Positions 1 to 8,901 of a stretch of 64,000 bases of DNA are shown here, in pieces. The notes under the pieces are model-generated. The model was not told the DNA's origin. It saw only the letters and a list, made by a program, of their open reading frames with translations, and ran no database searches. A program made the translations under genes and the position numbers. Within the stretch, counting starts at the first letter, position 1. Each line of letters begins with the position of its first letter. This DNA is from an uncultured Candidatus Binatia bacterium (GTDB lineage Bacteria; Desulfobacterota; Binatia; UBA9968; JAJDTQ01): positions 3,296,001-3,360,000 of the forward strand of contig OZ251459.1 in the NCBI GenBank assembly GCA_965242525.1, given 5' to 3'.

Positions 1-2002
1 TGAGTCCGAAATAGCCCCGGAACGCCGCCTTCGCCTGGTCGGGCGCGAGGTAACCGAGCTTCACCTTGAACACGAAACGCCGCATGGTCGCCGGGTCGAG
101 ACGCTCGCTGAAGTTGGTGGTGCAGGCGAAGGGCAGGGGATGGCTCTCCATCCAGGTCAGCATCTCGTTCACCAGGCTGACCTCCCAGTTCCTCACCGCG
201 AAGCGCCGGTCGGAGAGCAGCGAATCGGCCTCGTCGAAGACCAGGAAGGCGCCGGTGTCGAGCGCCTCCGCGAACGCCGCGGCGATCCGTCGTTCGTTCT
301 CCCCGATAAACGGCGACATGAGGTCCGACGCCCGCTTCTGCAGGACCTCCAGGCCCAGGCGGTCGGCCAGGTAGCGCACGTAAGCGCTCTTTCCCGTGCC
401 CGGCGGGCCTTGCAGGCAGAGGGAGAAGCGCCGCTCGCCGCTGCGCGCGAGACGGTCCGCGAGTTCCACAGGGTCCGCGTCGGCCTGGATGAGCGCGAGG
501 TCGTACCGGGCCGGCGTCCCCTGGGGCGGCTTCTCGCACGACATGACCCGGGACAGGCTGCGCACCCCCCGGCGCACCGCGGCCAGGTCGCCGCCGCCGA
601 GACGCGCGGCCGCGGTGGCTCCGGCCGCCACCCCGGGAGTGGTGGGGAACTCCCGGGCCAGCGCGAGGGCGTCGCCCGGCCCCGCCTCGATGTCGTGGCG
701 CTCGAGCTGCCGCGCCCAGACCCGCGCCCGCACCCCGGGCGGCGGCAGGCGCAGCTCCAGGGCGAACATCATCCGGCGCAGGACCGCGGGAGTCACCGCC
801 CGGGCATCGTTGATGGTCCACAGTGTAGGCGCCGGCGCCTCCTCCAGCAGCCGGTTCATGAACACCTTGGACCCGCCGCCGGCCCGGGACCCCCGGGACC
901 CGACGGGGAACAACCCTCCGAAGATCCCCATACCCGCGGGCGCGTCCGAAAGCAGGTCGTCCATCTCGTCGAAGAGCAGGAGCGACCGACGGCCCCGGGC
1001 GGTCAGGCGCTGGGCGAGCCGGAGCTCTTGCAGCCTCTCGTTGCGGGTAGGCTCGCCGCCGTCTTCGTCCGATTCCCCGACGCTGTGGAGATCCACCCCG
1101 AGCCGCTCGGCCAGCACCTTGCACAACTCGGTCTTGCCGGTCCCCGGAGGACCGTACAGGAGCACGTTCACGCCCGGCGCCCCGGTCTCCAGGGCGCCTC
1201 GGAGCAGCCTCTCCACGTGGTCCCGGTCTTGCGCCAGGTGGTCGAAGTCCGACCATTCGAGTTCGCCCGGGGACGCCTTCCCCAGCAGCAGGCGGTTCAC
1301 GTCCGACCCGGGGCCGCCGGGAAAGGTGGCCAGCCGGTGCAGCCGGTTGACGAGGGTGAGTTCGCCGTCGTCGCCGTCGATGCACACGAGTCCCGACCGG
1401 ACCAGGGGCGCGTCGTCCCGGAGCCGGGCCAGGACCGTGTTGGCCGACACGCCGAGGAGGGCGGCCAGGGCGTACCCCTTGAGGTTGAAGGGGCTCCTCC
1501 TGAGACGAGCGTGCCGGAAGACGCCGTCGATCATGGACTCGATGATGGGCTGGGTGTGGTAGCGCAGCATGAGTTCCAGGATGGCGAGGTCGGTTCGAGA
1601 GAGGCCCACCGTAGTTCCGAGACACCGGAGCCGCTGCGCCGCACGATCCCCTCGCGCGGAACGCGCCGCGGCGCACATGGCCCGCAACGCCTCCACGAGG
1701 CGGCTCCATTGCGTCCCGGTGGGACCGTCCATGCCGTCCGCGAGTTCCCTGAGTTCCTCGGGACCCAGGAAGTCATCGAGGTCCACGGGCCTGCGGCCCA
1801 GATGCGCGAGAGGCGCACGGGACCGCTTCATCTTCCCGCCGGACGCCCCCAACGGCCCCCTCCGGCGCCCGGACGCCGTGCGGCGGTCGTTCTCGGTGAG
1901 CCAATCCACCAACTCCTTGGCTTCCGGGTCACGGTGGTGGATGCGCGAGGCGGCGTTGGCGAGATACTGGAGGATCAGACGTCGTTCGTAGGCGGTCAGC
2001 AT
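1..2002 (-). CDS. Tandem AAA+ ATPase (two AAA domains); 3' end runs off the window
   Basis: Absent from the ORF track because it has no stop in the window. Reverse strand from ATG at 2002 (RBS AAGGAG) reads MLTAYERRLILQYLANA. It has two Walker A motifs, LLYGPPGTGKT (~1160) and LQGPPGTGKS (~410), and Walker B LLFDEMDD / LVFDEADS. Confidence 0.85.
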   Translation of the reverse strand, partial: MLTAYERRLILQYLANAASRIHHRDPEAKELVDWLTENDRRTASGRRRGPLGASGGKMKRSRAPLAHLGRRPVDLDDFLGPEELRELADGMDGPTGTQWSRLVEALRAMCAAARSARGDRAAQRLRCLGTTVGLSRTDLAILELMLRYHTQPIIESMIDGVFRHARLRRSPFNLKGYALAALLGVSANTVLARLRDDAPLVRSGLVCIDGDDGELTLVNRLHRLATFPGGPGSDVNRLLLGKASPGELEWSDFDHLAQDRDHVERLLRGALETGAPGVNVLLYGPPGTGKTELCKVLAERLGVDLHSVGESDEDGGEPTRNERLQELRLAQRLTARGRRSLLLFDEMDDLLSDAPAGMGIFGGLFPVGSRGSRAGGGSKVFMNRLLEEAPAPTLWTINDARAVTPAVLRRMMFALELRLPPPGVRARVWARQLERHDIEAGPGDALALAREFPTTPGVAAGATAAARLGGGDLAAVRRGVRSLSRVMSCEKPPQGTPARYDLALIQADADPVELADRLARSGERRFSLCLQGPPGTGKSAYVRYLADRLGLEVLQKRASDLMSPFIGENERRIAAAFAEALDTGAFLVFDEADSLLSDRRFAVRNWEVSLVNEMLTWMESHPLPFACTTNFSERLDPATMRRFVFKVKLGYLAPDQAKAAFRGYFGL

Positions 2003-2095
2003 GGCTCTCTCCTTGGTTGCGGGTTGTCGATACGGAGAGAGTACCACGCTGGTACGTCAGATTCGGACGTACTGCCGCGCGGCCATGATTTTTTC

Positions 2096-2209
2096 GACTT
2101 TTCAGGATTCCGTGTACGCAAGGCAGGAGGGAAAGGGGAGCGACAGGAGCCAGGCCGTCATTCCCACCGACGCCCACACCCACGTCATTCCCGCGAAAGC
2201 GGGAATCCA
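2096..2209. repeat. Degenerate half copy of the family-2 element (IS-like end + CGTCATTCCCGCGAAAGCGGGAATCCA palindrome)
   Basis: Same module order as the left arm at 7429-7680 and 41325-41460; full palindrome at 2183-2209. Confidence 0.75.
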
Positions 2210-2233
2210 TCCGGTTTCATCGCCCTCGTGCAC

Positions 2234-2271
2234 GTCCTTCGACTTCGCTTCGCTACGCTCAGGACGAACGG
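2234..2271. repeat. REP-like palindrome GTCCTTCGACTTCGCTTCGCTACGCTCAGGACGAACGG
   Basis: Same core as in the family-1 MITE copies, here without the terminal inverted repeats. Confidence 0.85.
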
Positions 2272-2304
2272 GGTAATGAACGGGGCAATCGTCCGGAGTT
2301 TCCC

Positions 2305-3576
2305 TCAGTTCTTCTGGCTGAAGAACGCCTTGGTGCCGCGGGCCTCCACCGCCTGGCCGATCCGTTCGAGGCCGTGGACGTAGGCGGCCGTGCGCAGGTT
2401 GACGGCCTTGTCCTTGGCCAAGTCCCATATGCGGCGGGTTTCGGGTTCGAGGCCGGCCTTGAGCTTGGAGTGGATATCTTCCACCGGCCAGTAGTAGCCG
2501 GTCTTGTTCTGCACCCACTCGAAATAGGACACGGTGACGCCGCCCGAGTTGGCCAGGATGTCGGGGACCACGGTCACGCCGTTCCGGTCGAGGATGGCGT
2601 CGGCCGCGGGGGTCACCGGCCCGTTGGCGAGTTCCAGGATGACCGGCGCCTTGACGTTGGCGGCGTTGGCCTCGGTGATCTGGTTCTCCACCGCCGCGGG
2701 GATCAGCACGTCGCACTCGGCCTCCAGCAACTCGGCGTTGTCCAGTTGGCGCGAGACGCCGCGGGTCGGCGCGCCCGTGAGACCCCGGTTGCGGGTCTTG
2801 TGGTCCATGACCGCGTAGGGGTCCATGCCGTCGGGGTCGTAGATGGCCGACGCGGAATCCGAGAGCCCGACGATCCGGTAGCCTTCGTCGTGGAGCAGGC
2901 GCGCGCAGTGGTACGACGCGTTGCCGAACCCCTGGAGGACCACCCGCGATTTCTCCGGGCTGACCCCGAGTTCGGCTTGCAGGTGGCGGAGCACGTAGTA
3001 GCCGCCGCGCCCGGTGGCGTCGTCGCGTCCCAGGGAGCCGCCCAGGGCCACCGGCTTGCCGGTGATGATGGCCGGGGTCGGGTGTCCGGTGATGGTGCTG
3101 TATTCGTCGGCCATCCAGGCCATGACGATGCCGTTGGTGTACATGTCGGGGGCGGGTATGTCGCGTTCGGGTCCGATGAAGCGCGAGAACCCTTCCACGT
3201 AGGACCGGCTCAGGCGCTCCAACTCGGCCCGGGACAGCGTCTTCACGTCCACCGCCACGCCGCCCTTGGCGCCGCCGAAGGGCAGGTTGGCGACCGCGCA
3301 CTTGAACGTCATCCAGAACGCCAGCGTCATCACCTCGTCCACGTTGACCGCGGGGTGGAACCGGATGCCGCCCTTGGTGGGGCCGCGGGTGTCGTCGTAG
3401 CGGCACCGCCACGCCTTGAACGCCTTGCGCGAGCCGTCGTCCATGCGGACCAGCAGGGTCGCGGCCAGGGTCTCTTTCGGATACCGGAGCTGCTCGATCA
3501 CCTCGCGCTCGATGTCGAGGTAACGCGCAGCGTCGTCGAGGCGCTCCCGCGCCGTGGAGAAAAGATCGGTGGCCAT
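2305..3576 (-). CDS. gdhA: Glu/Leu/Phe/Val dehydrogenase (glutamate dehydrogenase)
   Basis: Motifs GPTKGGIRFHP, GGAKGG, DIPAPDM, QGFGN, PDILANSGGV. Confidence 0.93.
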   Translation of the reverse strand: MATDLFSTARERLDDAARYLDIEREVIEQLRYPKETLAATLLVRMDDGSRKAFKAWRCRYDDTRGPTKGGIRFHPAVNVDEVMTLAFWMTFKCAVANLPFGGAKGGVAVDVKTLSRAELERLSRSYVEGFSRFIGPERDIPAPDMYTNGIVMAWMADEYSTITGHPTPAIITGKPVALGGSLGRDDATGRGGYYVLRHLQAELGVSPEKSRVVLQGFGNASYHCARLLHDEGYRIVGLSDSASAIYDPDGMDPYAVMDHKTRNRGLTGAPTRGVSRQLDNAELLEAECDVLIPAAVENQITEANAANVKAPVILELANGPVTPAADAILDRNGVTVVPDILANSGGVTVSYFEWVQNKTGYYWPVEDIHSKLKAGLEPETRRIWDLAKDKAVNLRTAAYVHGLERIGQAVEARGTKAFFSQKN

Positions 3577-3615
3577 GGGAATGCCCCCCTGTCCCGGTGG
3601 GAGAAGGAAAGGCGA

Positions 3616-5346
3616 CTAAGGTTCTTCGTACTCCGCGCCGAACGCACCGATGATGCGCAGGGCATCGTTCGCGTCCGCAGCGGTGGACCCGGTGAACGTC
3701 CCCGCAGCCCAATATACCGTAGAGCCGCCCCCGAGGATCCGGACGCTCCAGTTGCCGGCCAGACTGCGATCTCCCGCTGTGCCGCCGGTACTGCCTCGGA
3801 AGATGACGTCGCTGCCGGGTATGGTCGCGCCATTGTTGTTGTTCAAGTTCAACGTCCAATCGCCGAGGGATTCCCCGTTCTCCATGAAATCGGTGACGCT
3901 TCCGCTCATGGAGACGTTGCCGCCGCCGGCGTTCCTGAGCTGGATGACGGTACTTGCGGTGAAGGAGCCCACCTCTGCGCTTTCCAGCATACGATCGCCG
4001 CCCGAGCCGCTGTAGCGGGCCGTCGTATAGAGACCGGTCGCCGGACCTTCGTACCGGGCCGTCAGGGCGAAAGTATTGACCCCGAGCCTGGCCCACCGGG
4101 TCCATGAGCTGCCGGTCGCGAAGACTCCCAGGTTGTACTCGGTACTGGCGGCGTCGGGGTCCTCGGGCAACGCCAGCCATGACCCGATGAGCAGGTAGTG
4201 GTTTCGGAAGGCAAGAGTCGGGTCAGGCTCCTTGATGTTCGAATGGACCACCGCGCGCACGGTCTTTCCGCCAGGGACGTCCTTGCCCAGTGCGGCGCCG
4301 TTCCAACCCGTTCCAAGGCTGGGGACCCCACGAGGACCGTCAACCGGGAGCCGGCCGGGGTTCGCGCCCAATTCGCTGGGGTCGAGGCTGCTGAACGCCG
4401 TGGTTCCCAACTCCAGCCCCAACGTCGGCGCGGGGCCGGCGGTCCAGCTTGCGGACGGCGTCACCGACGGCTCGGTGGCCAGAGTGCTGTGCACCTGGAC
4501 GCCGGCCCTTCCCGCGGAACCCGTGGTGGTGAGCATGGAGTTGAGGACGCCGCCCGTCAGCAGCCTCCCTTCGAGACCTCTGGCGTGGGCTCCGTCCGAA
4601 GTCCCGTCGGGACCGTTGTTGGCCTGCCAGACCAACTCGTTGCTCGTGGTCATGACGTAGAGCATGCCGCCCGTCGCTTCGGCCGTGTCGTACTCCCCAA
4701 CCGTGACCACGACGCAGTCTTCGCCGTCGAACGGGCACACGAGGGCAGAGCTCCTGCTCCTGGAATAGCCCGTTATCTCCAGGCTCTCGCCCGCAGGGAT
4801 GGTCGTGCCCGCAGTCAGCGTATGGCCGATCGGCAGGTACAGGGTGGTGTACGTCGCGACCGTGGGCGCACCGCCCGTGGATTCGGCGCCGTCCGCGGTA
4901 AGGGTGACCACGCAGTCTTCGCCGTCGGGCGGACACGCGACCTCCGTCCTCGTGTCGAAGGTTCGGTGAACCGTCCGTCTCTCGCCCGCCGGGATCGTGC
5001 CCGCCATCAGCGTGTGGCCACTGGGCAGCCCCTCTATGGGTGCGTAGGTCACGACCGTGGGCGTGCCGCCCGTCGATTGGGCGGCCCCGTCCGGCCCAAC
5101 GGTCACCACGCAGTCCGGGCCGTCGGCCGGGCAGGTGACCTCCGTCCTCGTGCCGTCGGCGTTCCGAACCGTCCTCGTCCTACCCGCAGGGATGGCGCCC
5201 GGCTCCAGCATACTGCTCCCGGGCAGTCCCTCGATGGTCATCGGCGTGGGCGGTGCAGCGGTCTTGCCGCCGCCGCAGCCGGCGAGGGCCGCGATCATCA
5301 GGACGCTTGCAAGGATCGACACGGAGTGGGCCATGGCTCGTCTCAT
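3616..5346 (-). CDS. Surface lipoprotein with three ~62-aa Cys-containing repeats and a probable TbpB-like C-terminal beta-barrel
   Basis: Lipobox ALAGC followed by GGG; three repeats IPAG...CPxDGxDCVVT...STGG; C-terminus IIGAFGA. Confidence 0.7.
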   Translation of the reverse strand: MRRAMAHSVSILASVLMIAALAGCGGGKTAAPPTPMTIEGLPGSSMLEPGAIPAGRTRTVRNADGTRTEVTCPADGPDCVVTVGPDGAAQSTGGTPTVVTYAPIEGLPSGHTLMAGTIPAGERRTVHRTFDTRTEVACPPDGEDCVVTLTADGAESTGGAPTVATYTTLYLPIGHTLTAGTTIPAGESLEITGYSRSRSSALVCPFDGEDCVVVTVGEYDTAEATGGMLYVMTTSNELVWQANNGPDGTSDGAHARGLEGRLLTGGVLNSMLTTTGSAGRAGVQVHSTLATEPSVTPSASWTAGPAPTLGLELGTTAFSSLDPSELGANPGRLPVDGPRGVPSLGTGWNGAALGKDVPGGKTVRAVVHSNIKEPDPTLAFRNHYLLIGSWLALPEDPDAASTEYNLGVFATGSSWTRWARLGVNTFALTARYEGPATGLYTTARYSGSGGDRMLESAEVGSFTASTVIQLRNAGGGNVSMSGSVTDFMENGESLGDWTLNLNNNNGATIPGSDVIFRGSTGGTAGDRSLAGNWSVRILGGGSTVYWAAGTFTGSTAADANDALRIIGAFGAEYEEP

Positions 5347-5461
5347 GTGAAGCCTCCTCTCAGGTCAACCCGAAGTTCCCGGGGTCGAACGGGGGCGTAC
5401 CCTCCCCAACCCGTCGAGACTTCTACACCAGGTTCCGGCGCGCTGACAAGGTCTGATTTTG

Positions 5462-5602
5462 GGAACCTCTGAACAATCGAGACATCCGGGATGGATTCCC
5501 GATTCCCTCACCCTGACGCCCCTATCCCCGTTCGTCCTGAGCGTAGCGAAGCGAAGTCGAAGGACGTTCTCATGCTCTCTGTCCCGATTGTTCAGGGTTT
5601 CC
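5462..5602. mobile_element. Family-1 MITE (TIR GGAACCTCTGAACAATCG...CGATTGTTCAGGGTTTCC) carrying a REP palindrome
   Basis: Imperfect ~18-bp terminal inverted repeats; 4-bp direct repeat TTTG on both flanks. Confidence 0.8.
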
Positions 5603-5848
5603 TTTGGGGCGTTCGCGAGTGGTGTAGTCGTCGGCGATTGCATGGCCGCCGGGAGGACGAGGAGGGCGTTCGCTTCTCCCTTGGCGATGGGTCCGGGCCT
5701 GCGGCATCCCTTGACTTTCCCGTTTTTTTCTTCCATCTTCCCGGTCGGTTGAAGCAGGCCATCCGGGATAAACGGGGCATTCGCGTCGAGGGACGGGAAG
5801 CCGTCCCGTCGAAGATGGACAGGGTATTGCGAAATCGGGAGGTGAGCC

Positions 5849-7294
5849 ATGAGTAAAGTTCCGTCGGACCGCGCCAACGAGTCCGCCAGCGCGCCGGTTG
5901 CCCCGCTTCTGGCGGGAGACGCCGAACCCATGATCCAGGGCGCGCCGGAGCACCGCTCCGAGCGCTACAAGGCGCTTTCGGCCAAGCACCTCGACGAGAT
6001 ACCCCAACTGGCGAGGCTTTCCAGCGACGACCGGTTCGCCATGCGGGTGGTCGCCAACGTCCTGCCCTTCCGCTCCAACCGGTACGTCATCGACAACCTC
6101 ATCGACTGGGACCGGGTGCCCGACGACCCCATCTACCAGTTGACCTTTCCCCAGCAGGGCATGCTCAAGGAAACCGACTTCGCGCAGATGGCGGACCTGA
6201 TGCGGCGCGAGGCTTCGGCCAGCGAGATCAAGGCCTGCGCCACCGAGATCCGCGACCGGCTCAACCCCCACCCCGCGGGCCAGCGGGAGTTGAACATCCC
6301 CCAGTCCGGGGACGGGTCGCTGGAAGGCATCCAGCACAAGTACCGCGAAACCGTGCTGTTCTTCCCCAGCCAGGGGCAGACCTGCCACGCCTATTGCACC
6401 TTCTGCTTCCGCTGGGCCCAGTTCGTGGGCGACAACACCCTCAAGATCGTGGCCAAGGAAGCCGACGGCCTTCACGATTACCTGGCCGCGCATCCTGACG
6501 TCTCCGACCTCCTGGTGACGGGCGGCGACCCCATGATCATGAAGACGAGCGTGTTCGCCCACTACCTGCTTCCGCTGGTGGAGGACCCGAAACTCGCCCA
6601 CGTGCAGAACATTCGCATCGGCACCAAGGCCCTGACGTTCTGGCCCAACCGGTTCGTCAAGGACGAAGATGCCGACGAGATGTTGCGGGTGCTGGAAAAG
6701 ATCGTGAAGGCGGGCAGGCACGTGGCCATCATGGCCCACTTCAACCACTGGCAGGAGTTGCGCACCGACCTCGCCAAGGAGGCCATCCGCCGCCTGCGCG
6801 ACGCCGGCGCGGTCATCCGCTGCCAGGCGCCGCTCCTCGCCCACATCAACGACTCGTCGGACGTGTGGGTGCGCATGTGGGAGGAAGAGGTCCGCTTGGG
6901 GATGGTGCCCTACTACATGTTCGTGGAGCGCGACACCGGCGCGCGCAACTACTTCGAGGTGCCCCTGGAAAGGACCTGCCAGATCTTCAGGGAGGCGGTC
7001 AGCCACGTGTCCGGCCTTGCCCGCACCGTGCGAGGCCCGAGCATGAGCGCGACCCCCGGCAAGATCGAGGTCCAGGACGTGCAGGAGATCGAAGGCGAGA
7101 AGGTCTTCATCCTCCGGTTCCTCCAGGGCCGCAACCCGGACTGGGTGGGACGCCCCTTCTACGCCGCCTACGACCCCAAGGCCACTTGGTTCGACCAGTT
7201 GAAGCCCGCCCACGGCAAGGACCGCTTCTTCTTCTCCGACGAGTTCGACGCCATAGTCCAGGGCAAGTGGCCCACCACGCAGACGCGGCACTAA
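5849..7294 (+). CDS. KamA-family radical SAM protein (lysine 2,3-aminomutase-like)
   Basis: HKYRETVLFFP, CxxxCxxC motif CHAYCTFC, LVTGGDPM, PYYMF. Confidence 0.85.
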   Translation: MSKVPSDRANESASAPVAPLLAGDAEPMIQGAPEHRSERYKALSAKHLDEIPQLARLSSDDRFAMRVVANVLPFRSNRYVIDNLIDWDRVPDDPIYQLTFPQQGMLKETDFAQMADLMRREASASEIKACATEIRDRLNPHPAGQRELNIPQSGDGSLEGIQHKYRETVLFFPSQGQTCHAYCTFCFRWAQFVGDNTLKIVAKEADGLHDYLAAHPDVSDLLVTGGDPMIMKTSVFAHYLLPLVEDPKLAHVQNIRIGTKALTFWPNRFVKDEDADEMLRVLEKIVKAGRHVAIMAHFNHWQELRTDLAKEAIRRLRDAGAVIRCQAPLLAHINDSSDVWVRMWEEEVRLGMVPYYMFVERDTGARNYFEVPLERTCQIFREAVSHVSGLARTVRGPSMSATPGKIEVQDVQEIEGEKVFILRFLQGRNPDWVGRPFYAAYDPKATWFDQLKPAHGKDRFFFSDEFDAIVQGKWPTTQTRH

Positions 7295-7428
7295 CGGCCG
7301 GTGCGGCGGAACGGGCCGCGTCCTTCGACCCGGAGAAACGCGGGTAACGCGGAACCGGGCGGCGCCGTTGAGCGGTGTTCGCCCGGTTCCGCGTTTACCG
7401 TTTGCCGGAATGGATTGGACACTTTTGT

Positions 7429-8226
7429 GGCTCTTCGGGAGTTCGTGTGGATAAGGTAGGGGGGAAAGGGGAGTCACATAGGTCAGGCCGTCACTTCTCG
7501 GCTTCCGCGGAGCCTGCCCCGGCAAGCATAAGCCGACAGGCAGCAAGCTAGCAGCCAAGCATCGCGGACGCCTACCACGTCCTCCCCGCCGACGCTTACC
7601 CCATCATCCCCGCGAAAGCCCACCACGTCATTCCCGCAGACGCCCGCCTCGTCATTCCCGCGAAAGCGGGAATCCACTTTCAGCGATCTCATCATACAAA
7701 TCTCTCCAGGTCGGATTACCCTTCTCCATCAGATCAATCTTCCATGCCCGATTCCATTTCTTGACGGCCCTTTCTCTCTGGATAGCGCTTTCCATGGATT
7801 CATGAACCTCGTACCAAACCAACCGGTGGACAAGGTAACGTTTCGTGAATCCTTCTGTCCAATTATTCCTGTGTTGCCAGATCCGCTGAATGGGATTCGA
7901 CGTGACACCGACATACAGAGTGCCATGGGGTTTGCTCGCAAGGATGTAAACACAGGGAGTTTTCATGGAAATCCTTGGATTCCCGCTTTCGCGGGAATGA
8001 CGGGAGTGGGCTTTCGCGGGGATGACGTGGTGGGCGTCTGCGGGAATGACGGGGTAGGCATCGGCGAGGAGGACGGAGCGGGCTTTCGCGGGGATGACGT
8101 GGTAGGCGTCCGCGACGCTTGGCTTGCTGCCTGCCGGGGCAGGCTCCGCAAAAAGCTGGAATGACGGCCGGACCCCTGTCGCTCTCCCTTCCTCTCCTAC
8201 CTATCCATACAAAAGCCGGAAGAGCC
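7429..8226. mobile_element. Family-2 element: ~250-bp inverted arms of CGTC palindromes enclosing a GIY-YIG gene
   Basis: Left end GGCTCTTCGGGAGTTCGTGTGGATAAGGTAG vs right end CTACCTATCCATACAAAAGCCGGAAGAGCC; internal modules mirror each other up to ATTCCCGCGAAAGCGGGAATCCA / TGGATTCCCGCTTTCGCGGGAAT. Confidence 0.8.
7652..7966 (-). CDS. Small GIY-YIG nuclease family protein
   Basis: VYILAS..GTLYVGVT, RIWQH, FTKRY, AIQRE..KKWNRAWK; visibly AT-richer than the flanking genes. Confidence 0.92.
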   Translation of the reverse strand: MKTPCVYILASKPHGTLYVGVTSNPIQRIWQHRNNWTEGFTKRYLVHRLVWYEVHESMESAIQRERAVKKWNRAWKIDLMEKGNPTWRDLYDEIAESGFPLSRE

Positions 8227-8259
8227 GCTGTATCAGGAATGCCGAAGTCGGTTCGAACG

Positions 8260-8565
8260 TCACCGCGGCGTCTCCCGCGGCAGACGCCGCGTCGGCAGTT
8301 CCGTGGTCGGATCCAGGCCCAGGCGAAGGCGCCAGAAGCTCCAGGAACGGCGGTTGAAGACGCCTATGGGCGGGTCGTGCAGGACGCGGCGCAGGTCGGA
8401 CGGGGAGACCAGCGATAGCAGCCAGCGGACGTCGGCAGCGGCGCCGAGGGTCATCGTCTGGGCCAGGAGAAGCCGCGGGTCTTCCAGGGTGCGTTCCGCG
8501 GGTTGCCACCAGACGTACTTGCGCGCCATGGTTGCGGCGCGCTCGTCGTTCGCCAGACGGTCCAT
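8260..8565 (-). CDS. Small hypothetical protein (ARKYVWW...RSWSFW), type usually found beside nucleotidyltransferase toxins
   Basis: Compact ORF with motifs KYVWW, AQTMTLG, GVFNRRSWSFW; the family link is recalled, not searched. Confidence 0.55.
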   Translation of the reverse strand: MDRLANDERAATMARKYVWWQPAERTLEDPRLLLAQTMTLGAAADVRWLLSLVSPSDLRRVLHDPPIGVFNRRSWSFWRLRLGLDPTTELPTRRLPRETPR

Positions 8566-8645
8566 CGAACCCATCATACAACCATGCGGGTTCGAGTTTA
8601 AGGGGAGGAACGCCTGATCCGTGCCGGCTCTCCCTTGGGAAAGCG

Positions 8646-8886
8646 CGTCCTTCGACTTCGCTTCGCTACGCTCAGGACGAACGGGATACTTCACTTCGCT
8701 CGGGACGAACGGGGACCTTCGCTACGCTACGCTCAGGGTAACCGGGATTCTTCGCTATGCCACGTCAGGATGAACGGGGGCCGTCGTTCGTTACGTTTGG
8801 GACCAATGAGGACCTTTGCTATGCTGCCACGCTCAGGACCGTTGGGAGTCTTTGCCACGCTGCTGCGCTGAGGACGAACGGGGACC
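8646..8886. repeat. Tandem array of ~7 degenerate CTTCGCTACGCTCAGGACGAACGGGG units
   Basis: Head-to-tail repeats of about 30-37 bp derived from the family-1 REP core. Confidence 0.75.
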
Positions 8887-8901
8887 GGTGTTCCGGCTTC
8901 C

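Noticed and set aside
140-2383. Long + strand ORF (747 aa) and similar long antisense or off-frame ORFs throughout the window (e.g. 31804-35292 N-terminal part, 43576-46122, 58625-60862)
   Set aside because: Shadow ORFs caused by high GC3 in real genes; Arg/Pro/Gly-rich with no motifs.
8646-8886. CRISPR array
   Set aside because: Units are degenerate head-to-tail REP copies without unique, constant-length spacers.
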